From contig CDLV01000014.1 of the NCBI GenBank assembly GCA_001244265.2, positions 1,054,001 through 1,118,000 on the forward strand: DNA of 64,000 nt. The letters are read 5' to 3'. A program made the translations under genes and the position numbers. Shown piece after piece: positions 52,501-64,000 of this stretch; within the stretch, counting starts at the first letter, position 1; the number at the start of each line of letters is the position of its first letter. The DNA comes from Microbotryum violaceum. Its lineage: Eukaryota. The notes under the pieces are model-generated. The model was not told the origin of the DNA, made no database searches, and saw only the letters and a program-made list of their open reading frames with translations.

Positions 52501-52968
52501 GACATCAAGCTGGATGATCGCATACCGAGTGCTCCTGGGTTCTTGTAGTCATTACTGTTGCCAGGACTATGGAGCGGTGAGATTGATGGTTGTGGTGGGA
52601 TGTCGTAAGTGGAGGGAGCGCGCGGGGCACCGGCGGGCAAGACACGAGCGAGCGCACAGCGTGGGCGACAACAATCAAAGCCGATCGGGAAGCCGGGTTG
52701 CAGACGGCGCGGAGCAAGCAAGGAAGAGCATAAAAAAATAGCAAAGTACAATGATATCAGTCTTCATGCATCGTATCGAGTTCCACATCTTGTGAGGTGA
52801 GGAGCAACTGACTTTGTCGCTTCAGCCACGGCTACGCCAAAGCCGAACGCATCACCGGGGCCGCCACTTGCAAAGCGGGGGAGAATGAACTGGCTCGAGA
52901 AACTCGACGGATCCAGGGCCGAGGGGCTGAGGCCGTAGGTCGACGAGTGGTGTTGCGGGTGCTGCTGG

Positions 52969-53003
<35 letters not shown>

Positions 53004-53258
53004 GTTTTGGTGTTGGTTCAGGTGTTGGTGATGTTGCTGCTGTTGATGCTGCTGCAAGTGTTGTTGGTGCTGCTGGTGGGGGTGCTGGTGCTGTTGGCTT
53101 GCGTGCTGCTGCTGCTGCTGCTGCTGCAATTGCACCAAGCGCGACTGCGAGTTGGTGCGTGCGACATAGGGCGGATGTGACGCGCTGGGGCCAGGGCTGT
53201 AACCCTGATTGCCGGCGGCGTCATCCTGCATTGACCAATACGAATCGATGTTGTCCAT
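49538..53258 (-). CDS. wc-1: White Collar-1 blue-light photoreceptor (polyQ, LOV, two PAS, GATA zinc finger)
   Basis: [11 protein letters not shown]...[67 protein letters not shown]...[40 protein letters not shown]. Confidence 0.95.
52947..53130 (-). repeat. CAG/CAA/CAC-rich polyglutamine-histidine tract in the WC-1 N-terminus
   Basis: Read directly; ORF 52764-53258. Confidence 0.9.
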
Positions 53259-53768
53259 ATCGAGTCTGTTGCTTCGGTCTAAGGCACCACGTGCGAGGAC
53301 TGTTGCAGCGAAGCGGGGCGGTTGGAGCTGGTTGGCCGGACTGAGTCGGGCGAGAGCGCCGGACAGCAGGTGACGGTATCAGAGACGACGGCGTCTCCGA
53401 GAGTCGAAGCGAGTCGACGTGCGAGAAGTAGGTCGTGAAGTGAACTGACCGGGACCGTTGTTGTTCGTTGTCCACCTGGATAAATGTCCACTAGTGGTCA
53501 ACAAAAAGTAATGAAGGGCCGGGGATTGAAGTCGGCGGAGGTGGGCGAGGACGCAAAAGCATACGGCGCCGCGTGTGGGCGTCAGTGGCAGCAAGTGCGT
53601 GGTCGGATTTGTCGGATTGCTCATGGGGGGTGCCTCTCCGCCCGGTGCCTGTGCACGCGAGTGGCGCCAGAGGCCTGTCAGCGCACGGATGCTGGGCGCT
53701 CTCCGCTGCGCCAGGCAAGCCGAGTTGTGTCCGAGCTGCGTCCGCTGCTGCTCACATCATTACACGCC

Positions 53769-53826
53769 TCGAAGCGGCGCTTATGCGTCATCGAAGCGGC
53801 GTCTATGCGTCATCGAAGCGGCGTCT
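53769..53826. repeat. 22-bp tandem repeat (TCGAAGCGGCGTCTATGCGTCA, about 2.6 copies) upstream of wc-1
   Basis: Units start at 53769, 53791 and 53813. Confidence 0.85.
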
Positions 53827-55876
53827 TGTAGGGTCCCTCTCCCTTTTCCAAGCCCACCGGGGCTTCACTTGCTGGCCTCAGCTGAAAGCTTCGAACGCTG
53901 AGAAGAGATCACTAGCATTTCCTGGCTCGTCTTTTTGTCAATGCAAGTAGTTTTGGCCCATCCTTTGTTTCCTTTGCATCTGCAATTTTAAGAAGGGTTT
54001 ACTGGCCTGCAACCGAGTCGTTCACAAGCCGACGACGCACCTTTAATTATGTAGTCCCAGACACATCGGATGACGCCTTCGACATCATCCTTGTGTCCTC
54101 TGGGGCCCCAGTACATCCCTGACTCACATGGCTCATGGAGATGGACACGCCAAAAAAAAATCCTCGAATTGTCTGTGGTAAAGAAGCATGCAAGTGCTTC
54201 CGAACTAGGCCAAATTTGAAACGTGATCTTGTAAGCGCCGAGTTGGGTTTGAGATTTTCGCCGGCCTCGCACAGAAAGCCCTCACAGAACTCCGCCTGCA
54301 AGTCCGCGGCTAAAGTTCTGCCCTGTCGCCTTTAGAGGCGTTCAGGAAAGTGGAACCCAGGCAATCCCTCCGGAAGCGTTTCTAAACGCCGCTGCCGTTG
54401 ATATCATGGCCGCATGTCGACTACCAGTGCCTGTCCGGGCACGGGCAGCTGCGCACCCATTTAGTATTTAGGTACAGCTCGATATTTCGGTAGGTGCTCG
54501 CAGGTCAAGCTCGCTTCGATGTTACATTTGGGATGTCCTTTGTCGGTTCATCCAGTAGAGCTCGGAGTAAAGCATTTTCGGTAGTGCACGACCAAAGAAT
54601 ATCCTCCTAGCTCGCCACCAAATCCATGAATGATTCCTTTTCTCTGCAGTCAATGTAACATACAATCCCGACTTTACCCAACCCCACGACTCGCAACCGG
54701 TGCACGTTGGTAAGACCCCGAGCTACTGCTCCGCGTCGCCGGCGTTGGCAAACTCCTCGTCTTCTCGCTTCGGACGCCGGCACGTAACGAGCTCTAAGAA
54801 CCTGCTCTGAATAGGTGGGTCGACGCGGGACAGAAGTAGCATGATGCAGGACCTTGGTAGAAGGGCGTAGGCATAGGTCTGGCTTCTGGTGTTGTGTAGC
54901 TAAGCAAGTCAAGCGAGGTCAGGCGTCGGCGACCAAACGTGGTCATCGCTTCGCTTGGTGACCGACTTGGTCGGTCCTGGTCGGTGTCGAAGCGAAGATC
55001 GCGCGTGCATCTCATGAGTTTGTGGGCGGCGGCCATCTTCATGACTCTCGGCTTGAGCACGGCAAAACCCAATGCGCGCGGCGCGTGCCCCCCCGGCCCC
55101 CCCCCCTCCCCTTTCCCAACTATGTAGCTATGTAGTTGGGAACGAGGATGGCGATCCCCGAAGGCCGTTGAAGCGACTGACTCGAGCAAGGCCCACGCTT
55201 GGATTTTCTCTGATTCCGAACCGCTCCGCTCGAGATGCAGCCCCTTGATCGTACTGTTTCCTTTTCGTTTAGTGTGGCTTTGTCATCCGCAGCGCGGGGC
55301 CTGAAAGTCTTGAAGAACACTGGCCTGTGAATTGATGCTTGGGTACACAGCTTTTTCACGCGTGTGAAATCGTAGCGGAACCTAGTCAAGCGCTCTATGG
55401 GTGTTTCATCCTAGAGGTCTATGATGCAGTAGGCTTCGGACCAGCGTACCAGTGCTCTGCTCTCATTCGGACCGGTAACCGACGAGGCCCCTCCGATACC
55501 CATCCGACAATCGACCGCAGCGATGGCCTGCCTGAACGCGTCCTTACGGTAGATACTTTGCAGCGATTCTTTCTGATCTCTGCACTGGTGTGGAAGCTCC
55601 AGCAGGTTGCGGGAGCGGGGGCTCGACGTGGGCCGGTACCGGCTTCGACCCTACTGGCGCAGTCTGGGGTCGAACGGATACTTGAATCCTGATCGAGGTG
55701 TTCCACTCCGCAAGTGCGAGGGCCACACTGTGATAGAGAGAAGCCAAAGGAGTGTTGAATGGCGTTTGTCGTGGGTCCCTCATCGAAGCGCTCGCCGAAG
55801 CGCGTACCTTGCCGAACACGAAGAGCTTTCAATGCGTACGCTTCCCTCCGCGCGTAGGTTTCCAACCTCCGTCAAC

Positions 55877-56968
55877 TCAATGCGGTAACCCATTCTCCGT
55901 ACCCAACCTCCTAAATCCGAGTCTTTTCATCCTCCTCTGTTCGAGGTACTGTTTCGCATACATCGCCGCCCCACCCATCACGATACCCCAAAACGCCAAC
56001 CGAAAAACCATCCAGAAGAAGTGTGAGAGCCCGTTTCCATTTCCCGACGAGGCGTGTCGGGCAACGTCTACTTTCGGTGTCGACAGAAACGGTGGAAGAC
56101 GGGGGGTATTGGCTATGGGTTGGGGTGGGGGGTGCGAGGTTTGGGAGGAGAGGTCCATGAGATGCATGAGTTGGCGTGGGGTGAGGGATGTTAGAAGAAC
56201 GAGGTGGGGGTGGGGCGCGTTGGGTAATGCGGTCAAGTGAGCAGCAAGTTCTTGATCTGGTGGACACGGTGAACGTGACGGAGCGTGATCAGAATAGGGT
56301 TTCTTCCGTAATGTTCCGGCAAACATCATTCCTCCTATTGACTGACCAAGCCTGGCCATCGCCTCCCGTGTCGGCTTGGATCCCACAGCTTGATCCCAAT
56401 CGACATAAACCTTAGCGACCTTCAACTCGTTCATGTACTCCTCGTTCTTAGTCCCCGCACACGTCTTGACCCAAGCATCCGCCCAATCCAAAACATGTTG
56501 TCCCGATACCGCCTGCGCGATCCCTTTAGTCTGTGCGAGCTCAAACGAATCGATCAAGCCTGACCCTAGTAGAGCTCCCGAGGTCGAGTTGATGCGTTGC
56601 GGGGGGAAAAGGCTGAGATCTTTATAGTGAACCCTAGGGATCGATATGACGAGAAGCGATCCACAAGGGTCGACTCCGGGGATGAAGACGAGGGGGGAGG
56701 GCAGCTGCGGCGATGCGAGATGAGGACCAAGTTCGAGTCGACGTGTCAACTGTGAACTTTCGCGATGATCGCGAGGAAGGAAACTTACCTTATCCGAGAT
56801 CAAACTGTCGAGCGCCGGGAAGCTATCGGGTAATGCGTAAGCGAGCAGAGGTGCCATGTCCGCGGCTGCCACGAAGCCCAAATTGCGGGTGCTTCCACGT
56901 GAATTTGAGCTGAGCCATGGCACCGCCACGACGAGCACGGCCAAGCGAGTCGCCGGTGCGAATCGCAT
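55877..56968 (-). CDS. Hypothetical type I membrane protein (signal peptide, C-terminal TM, basic tail)
   Basis: 363-aa uninterrupted ORF; hydrophobic N-terminus; FFWMVFRLAFWGIVMGGAAMYA near the C-terminus. Confidence 0.7.
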   Translation of the reverse strand: MRFAPATRLAVLVVAVPWLSSNSRGSTRNLGFVAAADMAPLLAYALPDSFPALDSLISDKVSFLPRDHRESSQLTRRLELGPHLASPQLPSPLVFIPGVDPCGSLLVISIPRVHYKDLSLFPPQRINSTSGALLGSGLIDSFELAQTKGIAQAVSGQHVLDWADAWVKTCAGTKNEEYMNELKVAKVYVDWDQAVGSKPTREAMARLGQSIGGMMFAGTLRKKPYSDHAPSRSPCPPDQELAAHLTALPNAPHPHLVLLTSLTPRQLMHLMDLSSQTSHPPPQPIANTPRLPPFLSTPKVDVARHASSGNGNGLSHFFWMVFRLAFWGIVMGGAAMYAKQYLEQRRMKRLGFRRLGTENGLPH

Positions 56969-57318
56969 GTTCGCTTCTGGATGATCCGCCTTGACTCAGT
57001 CCTGGTCGGGTGATGGAGCCGATTTCCAGTTTTATTCCGAGTGACGAGGGGAGGTAGAGACAAGCATAACAGAAGGCGGCCCGTCGCGCCCGCGCTCTTG
57101 AATCACTTTGGAGAAGTTTGGAGATTGCCTGCGCGAGCCCAGCGCCACTCGTCGCCCCGCACTTCCCGTAATGCCCGAGCCGCCGGCCTTGTTCAGCCCA
57201 GCTCGACCCTCGCGCCGCCTCGCGCCGCCTCGTCCCCATCCTCCAGTTCGCCCTTTTGCTCACCTTTCTTTCCCTCGGAAACCACTTCTTGGAAAATACT
57301 CCAGACCCAGACCCAACC

Positions 57319-58412
57319 ATGACTGCACTCGTCCCCCCACCTTCTATGGACCTCTTCCCTACGGACGACTTTTACCCCACAACGAGCACGAACCTATACG
57401 ACGATTCCGAAGACTCGGCACTCGACGTGCCCTTGCACCCACGAGGCGGAGGTCAGACTGAGCTCGCGGAGGCCGATGAGGAGGAGGACGACGAAGAGGA
57501 TGGTGACGAAGGAGGAGCGGAGGAAGAAGAGTTAGGTGATGATGATACAGACGAAGAGGAGGATGCCGAAGAGGCCGATGAACAACAACACGGTCAGCCA
57601 GTTCGCCGTCAGTTCGGTCGTTGTGGGGAAGGGGCGCCTTCAGCTTGCAGAATCGCGATTTCGAAAGTCGGGCAACTTCGATTGTGCAACGTGGATGCAT
57701 GCATGCGCAGCCGACGGAGTCCGCCAACGCAATGCTGAGGGTTGGAAACGGCCCCGACTTTACGACTCGGGTTCTTTTGGTAATGACTCGACGGCCGGAA
57801 TTACTGACGCCTTTCGATGCTCTTCGTAGATGACGTCGCAGGGGAACAAGGTGGGGACGACGATGACGAGGATGAGGACGACGACGGTGACGAGGATGAC
57901 GAGCAGGGTGAAGGTGGAGGTCAGTCCATCTCGCTGACAGTACGCACAGTCTAAATAAACACGACTGACCCGTGTGCACTTGCCGGCCCTGCAGAAGATG
58001 ACGATGAGGGGGAGGAGGTGAGTATATGCTCATCACCAGCGGGAGGTCCACGCGCTTTCGAAAACCTTGACTAACTTTAGCTCTGTCGCGTACCGCCCCC
58101 AGGACAATGACGAAGACGAGGGTGGAGAGGATGAGCCGGCTCGGAAACGACAAAGGCGGGAACCGGAGGACGAGGAAGGGGATGACGACGACGACGACGA
58201 GGACAGCGATGAGGAGCGACCCAACTTCCAAGGTCGGTCATTCTCTCATTCCGTCGCTTCTTAACTTCCGAGTCAAGCTTGATTCAAGATAAGTTTGTAA
58301 GCTGAGGAGAGCAATTTCTTCCATGTCCTTAGGCCCGCCACAAGAGGGCTATAATGATGAGAACGAGAACGACGAAGAGGACGATCTGGAGGATGAAGAG
58401 GACGAGGAATAG
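57319..58412 (+). CDS. Hypothetical highly acidic (D/E-rich) protein, multi-exon
   Basis: Several GAC/GAG-rich blocks separated by GT-AG introns; NLS-like PARKRQRR. Confidence 0.55.
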
Positions 58413-58735
58413 ACACCCAGGGGGCTTAGAGTTGGTGTTCGAGCAAGCTACGAGCTCGGACAAGTGCGCAAAGCTGTGTTCTCTGCTTTGTGTTCGTAGA
58501 TTTGATCAGCTGTTTTGTCACGCTATACCCCTGTTGGAGATTCTCAACCCTTTGTCAAACTCGAAGCGGCCGAGGGTTCTCGTGGGCTATTCTCTCCAGG
58601 AACCCATGTTATACATGTATGTGCGAATATACTGTATTCCACTCCAAATAGGTATAATGACGATGCCGGAGACGAATCATGGGACTTCGGGAAGGAGGTG
58701 TCATTCAAAGCTCTAGACGAGCCGATGCATGCTTT

Positions 58736-59290
58736 CTAAATTGCGTAATCGTCACCTGCCGAGGTATCGTTCCTGACGGCACCGTCCATGGCCTGTGAAG
58801 ACCAGGAAATATGAGTAGCCATTAGCGTTCGGCATTCTGACCTCGGCGGCAAGGATTCGGCTGAGCAGAAACTGACCGTTGGGTCATTCGGGTCGCTCGG
58901 TCTCAAGGCGGTGTGTTGCGTCTCGTGATGCATTTGAGGCAAGCTCGTTTCGGGAATATGGGTCCCACCGTACAAATCGGGATGTCCTTGATGATGGTTC
59001 GAGTGCTGCTCCGGGTGATGAGCCTGTTGAACGATTTCCTCCAACCCAAGACGACCTCCGACCACTTCAGGAGCTTGGAAAGGACGAACGCCCGCCCTCG
59101 CTTCTCGACGTTCTCGATCTTGGATCTCGGCATCGACTTGAGCTTCGAGTCGGTCGTGTTCGGCCTTGGCCGAACGCTTCTGCGAAGCGATTTCGGAAGG
59201 CAATTTTGTTTGGTGGTGGCGGTGGCCCGTCATAGCGGATATAATCCTGTGGCCTAATGATTCATGCTCGTTTGAGGATTGGGAAGTCAT
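58736..59290 (-). CDS. Hypothetical hydrophilic protein
   Basis: 184-aa ATG-initiated ORF with a probable 3' intron; no recognised domain. Confidence 0.5.
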   Translation of the reverse strand: MTSQSSNEHESLGHRIISAMTGHRHHQTKLPSEIASQKRSAKAEHDRLEAQVDAEIQDRERREARAGVRPFQAPEVVGGRLGLEEIVQQAHHPEQHSNHHQGHPDLYGGTHIPETSLPQMHHETQHTALRPSDPNDPTVSFCSAESLPPRSECRTLMATHISWSSQAMDGAVRNDTSAGDDYAI

Positions 59291-60289
59291 GGCTGCGGGT
59301 GCGAGGTTGTTGGGTTAGGAGCTGCCAATTTCTGAGAGGAGGCGAGGCGCGATCGATGACGCAGTGGGATGAAGTGTGAAGGAGAGGGTTCAGGGCTCCT
59401 GAAGTGATCCATAAATTACGGGATGGTACTTGGTCATCAACAGAAACTTACATTATGTGCTTTAGGCCTCTTCTCGATGGAGATCGAAGACGAGGACGTG
59501 GAAGGAGAGAGACAGGAGAGGGTAGTATAGCTTTGGGTTGATTAATTGATTCAGCCGGAAGGGGGTCAACGCTTCAATGCCCGAATCCGTGTGCCTCCCG
59601 TGAAAACCAGTCGCGTGTAATTGGCAATAGCGCACTACGTACAGTCAGACCTGAGAAAATTCATATCGCCCAATCTTATACCTGTCAAAATTAACGCACC
59701 GCGGGGCGGCGACCAGTTCCTGAACCTCCAGTGATCCAGTGCCGTCTATAAAGTCACACTTACAACCGTGGCCCGAGGATAGGCTGTACCTCCTACTTAG
59801 CCGAAAGCGAATAACCACCTCAAGACAAAGCTAGAGACTCTAACGACATATCAAAAATCCACAGTTCATTCAATTTCGAGTCCATTTCGACTTTTCTTAT
59901 CATCATCCAGGCATATCTCTCTCTTTCGGTTTATCAAGCACGAGCCTTCCCGATCCTGCGGCTGGACCCAGCCGCGCGTCCCGAAGAGACTTCACGATCC
60001 TTGTCAGCGGCCTCTTCTCCGAGATCATCGACTGCGTCGCGTGAGTCGGACTTCTTGTTGTCGTCAGTGACTGTAAACCCCAAGAAATGAGCCGGCATAA
60101 AAGACGACGACCCTGCGGAGCGTGATCCGCCTCTACCTCCTGACGATGGACGAGTACCGGCCTTATCGTGTCGGTCGCACCCCGGGTCTGCTCGAGAATA
60201 TTAACGAGGGCAACACTCTACCGGTTCGCACGCGTGCTCAGCGTCGCGTCGCCGCCCTCAGTATTGTGTCCACAACCAGAGCTTATCGC

Positions 60290-60650
60290 TTTGGTTTCCA
60301 CTCGTCATCCACCGCTTCCCAAGACCTTCAAGGATGCGATGGCTTCGCCCGAGGCCGAGTCCTGGTACGCTGCGTCGGTCAAGGAACTTGACTCCATGGG
60401 CTTGCACAAGGCGTTCAAGCAAGTTTCGAGTTCACCTACTGGGGCTCGTGCCCTGGGCTATCGTTGGGTGTTTACTCGAAAGGAAGACGTCGAGGGCAAC
60501 ATCATCAGCTACAAAACTCAGTTAGTCGTCCAAGGCTTTGCTCCACGACTGGGGATCGACTACAACAAGACGCTTGCTCTTGTCTCGTCGATCACGACGA
60601 TCTTGTTCGTCGTCCGCCTTTGTGCCGCTCGTGGACTGGTCCTGACTTCT
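60290..60650 (+). mobile_element. Ty1/Copia reverse transcriptase remnant
   Basis: PKTFKDAM...W..A...EL.S...RWVFTRK.D.EGNI..YK..LVVQGF....GIDY..T. Confidence 0.85.
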
Positions 60651-62691
60651 CGGCGTCGCTGCATCTCTTCTATCAGAAGTCTATCTTCCACGCTCGCATG
60701 TTATCTGCGATAGTTGTCAGTGACTGTAAAGCGCAAGAAACCGAAACCGGCAGTAGTGAGTCGGTACAAAAGGTGTTGCGATTTGCGCTGTATAAAGACA
60801 GTTGTGGCGCGGTTGGTGCAAAGGACGGCAAAGGGTCTGCTGAGAGATATACGATTTAGCTCGTTGCCTGCCCAACAAGGACTCGGAGCAAAATGCCCCC
60901 ACAAAGAATTTGCAGAGATCCGAGTGCAAAGTACACCGTGCAACAAGCTTGGGTGTATCGAAGCACTTACCCCGAGCTACTCTAAGCTAGCCACGTCGAG
61001 GGTTTCATACCGAGCTGCTAGCAGCTTTGAACGTCCGGCAAGATGGAACTCTCGATCAGCGACCCCGTCAACTGGGAGGTAGTCTTGGGAGTGAGGAACG
61101 CACCTGTCCCTACAGGTGGTGAACGCAGCCATAGAAGCTGGTAAGGAAACGTCGACAACGCAGTGAAGGCCCGAAAGGGAACGTGCGTTGCGAGTACCGC
61201 CCGTGAGTCCGCGTGTGTGGGAAGCACAGCTATAGCATCCACGGGGGAGAGAGGGTCCGTGCGCGCGAGCCTGAATCGGCGCGTCAAATCCTTGCAGCAA
61301 AAGCCGAAAAGACCATAAGTGTACTGTACTCATTCGCCAGGTTGGCAAGAGCGACCACCTACTGTCAAGCCAAGCTCCCAGATGCTGTCCAATGAGTCGC
61401 AATGACTCGGCGTCGGGAGGCACGACTAAGACACGTGAACTGGGAGAGATCGACATCGCCGAAGGGTGCTGAGACCGTCGTCAAGCTCGCCCCCCGCCGC
61501 CGCCCGGGAGCCGCCCCCGCCAACGAGAATTACTAATGTTGAGATTGTCATCAGTTTCCCCAGCTCGCGCCCCCCCCCCCCCCCCCCCAATTTTCGTTGA
61601 ACAATCCTTCAGCTCTAGAGAGCTTCAGGGATTTATGGACTTTTCAATCTCCCGATTTTTCTGGTTGACAAGGCCTGTCCAATCTTATACCTTATAATTT
61701 ATGGGTTTACAGGTCAAATTATAAGATAAGAGAGAGCCGGACATGAGCGATTGATCAGGAATTGGCCTCTCCTTCGGCGTTCTTGTTGACGAGCCGCCTG
61801 CTGGAAGAGTCCGAAATGCCCCGAAACAGCCGAGAAGCGAGCACAGTAGAGCAAAGACGGCGGTTGACACGTTGACAGGCTAGTCGCGACGTGCTTCTCT
61901 CTTAAGACGTGCTTCTCTCTTAAGCTCAACTCAGCCCTCCCCCTGGGAGGGGCTTAGGACTTATCGGCGCGCCTGGCCCAGTTGCCCCCGAAATTTCAGG
62001 GCCATTTTGGGGTGGTTCTCTGTAGCGTGGCAAGTACTTACAATTATCCAAAACGCAGAGATGTTATTGATCTTCTACTAGAAGAAATGCCTTGTGCCGA
62101 ACGGCAAGATGATACCCCATCTGTAGACGAAGCTATAATGATCTGAAGTGTGCAAATTTGGTCAATTTGGTCCCGAGTGGTCCGAGCGGCAGCACGCTGC
62201 TGCAGCCGCCGGCTTGCGCACTTCGGCGTGTGCGCATCGGTTTTTCTCCCGTCCCATTCCGCATCACTCGTCTTCCCGGTACTATGCTCTTCGCTTGTTC
62301 TCGGTGCAACACCGCGCTTCTCTCAGAATGACGCGGAACCGCAGACGCTATGACTCGACGACTCGCCAGTATCACCGCCGTCAGGCGGATCTATTCGCTC
62401 GAAGTTCGGCTTCATAAGATATCTCTCGTGGTATTTCAGCCCATCAACACAACACGATATTGTTCACAATCATAGGCCAAAGCTCTTCAACAGTAATTGG
62501 ACCCAGCTCAAGCATCTCATCATACAACTCGCCCGCGAAGATGGCCGAGACGCACGAGGCCGAAGCAATAATTGGATCTCCAACCAGGTGGGTAACACTC
62601 CAGCATATCAGATCAGTATACAAGACCGCGGCAAGGCCTCTTAAACACTTGCATCCTACCTGTGCAGTCTGACTCAATCCTTGTGAAAGAG

Positions 62692-64000
62692 ATGAAACGA
62701 ACCAAACCCGCCTTCGTCTCCAGCCACGACATGGCTCCTGAAGTCTTGACATCTGATCAGATTGACGCACGCCTCGACGCAATAGTCGAAAGCAACTCTT
62801 TCATCAGTGGACGCATCCGCAACCTCTTGTCTCACTGCGGAGACCCACCACCAGTCGAAGAATCAAACTGCGACAAACTCAGCTCGGATTCTACGGACGT
62901 TGACATGGAGGACGCTCAAGAGGATAGCTCTGGGTCGGATGCAGAACGGGGGTGTTTCAAGGAGCAACATGTATCATTTGTGCGTGATTATTGCCTGAGC
63001 TCAGCCCCTTGGTCAAAGTCAAATTGATGATGGCGTTTATTGACTTGCCGCAGCTTTGTCGCTCGATAATGGGTCAGATCGCCTTCGCGTGTAACCGAAG
63101 AAATAATGCTATGCAGTATCGCAACGGTCTCATGGCTCTCGCTTGTGGAGCGAACGATCGGTTGACGACGTTCCTGTACGACTGTGGCCTCACGACCTCT
63201 CGCCGTACAACTTGACGAGCAGCTTTGAGCCTGACAATGGCCAATCTGGCGTTGCTGAAGGAGATCAGGTCAACCCGCTACTTCCATGTCACAACATCGA
63301 CGTTGCACATCACGTCAATGACGAACACCTTGATCGACGTTCCGAGCTGCTTCATGGGACTTTCGGATATGCGCACGTTCAGAATGGAGACGTGGCTAAC
63401 GCGTACGACCTTCAAGCATACATTGCGCATCAAGCGTTGTTACCTCCGGTCGATGTAAACCTTTTCTTGCCCGCTGGAGCGTCTGAGGAAGCCTTCTCCA
63501 CAGGCTTTTCCGCCCAGATGTATCGAGCGCTTGCCCGACTGGTTCCTCATCTCGGCCTCACGCTTCACGATCCTCGATGCAGACCAGAGCCAATCGAACA
63601 ACTGGATGTCCGAAAACCCGACATTACTTAGCTTAAGATGATGGACGAATCCGATGCATCCACCGCAGATGTAGCAAAATTATCGACCGTCTGCGGATGC
63701 AACTCGGACTCTCGGAGAAAGAATAAGCGGATTCTCTATGGATACTCGGATGTGATGGCGGGACCTCAATGCTTGTCGAGTCACTTCGTAGGAACCGCTT
63801 TCCGTTTCGACGACTGTAGGATGGACTAGGGACTACAGTTACAGAGTTCCAGGCGTGGCTCATTTGCAGTGGTGCATTGGGGCAGCAATCTACCGACGAT
63901 ACTTTGAGGATCCGTTGGAAGGATCGAAATATCGAGGTCGCTTTTCATCACCGCTAATCTACTTGGCCGCAAAGGACTGAACCCCCAAATAATTAAGGAC
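62692..64000 (+). pseudogene. DUF6589-like repeat-associated protein remnant (runs off the window)
   Basis: IAFACNRRNNAMQ...ACG.NDRL..FL...GLTTSR.T; NID...H...S.LLHGTFGY.H; LKMMDESD. Resembles, from recollection, a multicopy family in rusts and relatives; stops and frameshifts present. Confidence 0.55.

Noticed and set aside
54350-55870. Cluster of short ORFs between wc-1 and the membrane-protein gene
   Set aside because: No recognisable motifs or consistent exon chain.

Overview
Intron-rich, GC-rich fungal genomic DNA, most consistent with a Pucciniomycotina basidiomycete (Microbotryomycetes-like; inferred from gene and transposon content). Recognisable host genes: Ap4A phosphorylase, GH5 exo-beta-1,3-glucanase, RNA Pol III subunit RPC82/RPC3, Ssf1/Ppan Brix protein, mitoribosomal mL44, a mitochondrial carrier, a short Sti1/Hop, MBF1, a butanediol dehydrogenase-like MDR enzyme, an ALKBH7-like dioxygenase and White Collar-1. 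These are interspersed with many mobile elements and decayed genes: two L1/Tx1-like LINEs in tandem, three Helitron derivatives, a hAT-type non-autonomous element, a permuted chromovirus (Ty3/Gypsy), a Copia remnant, a DUF6589-like remnant, an XPG-like nuclease pseudogene, and amidase, Cap64-like, RPL26 and ALKBH7 fragments. The most striking observation is at 0-5.9 kb. Two tandem U5 snRNA-like units (invariant loop I GCCUUUUAC in a well-paired stem) sit about 30 nt upstream of ORF1 of a full-length LINE. Its poly(A) tail abuts the 53-nt leader of a second, diverged LINE. This suggests a fungal non-LTR retrotransposon family that targets U5 genes or carries a U5-derived head. Exon boundaries were read by eye, so gene coordinates are approximate.
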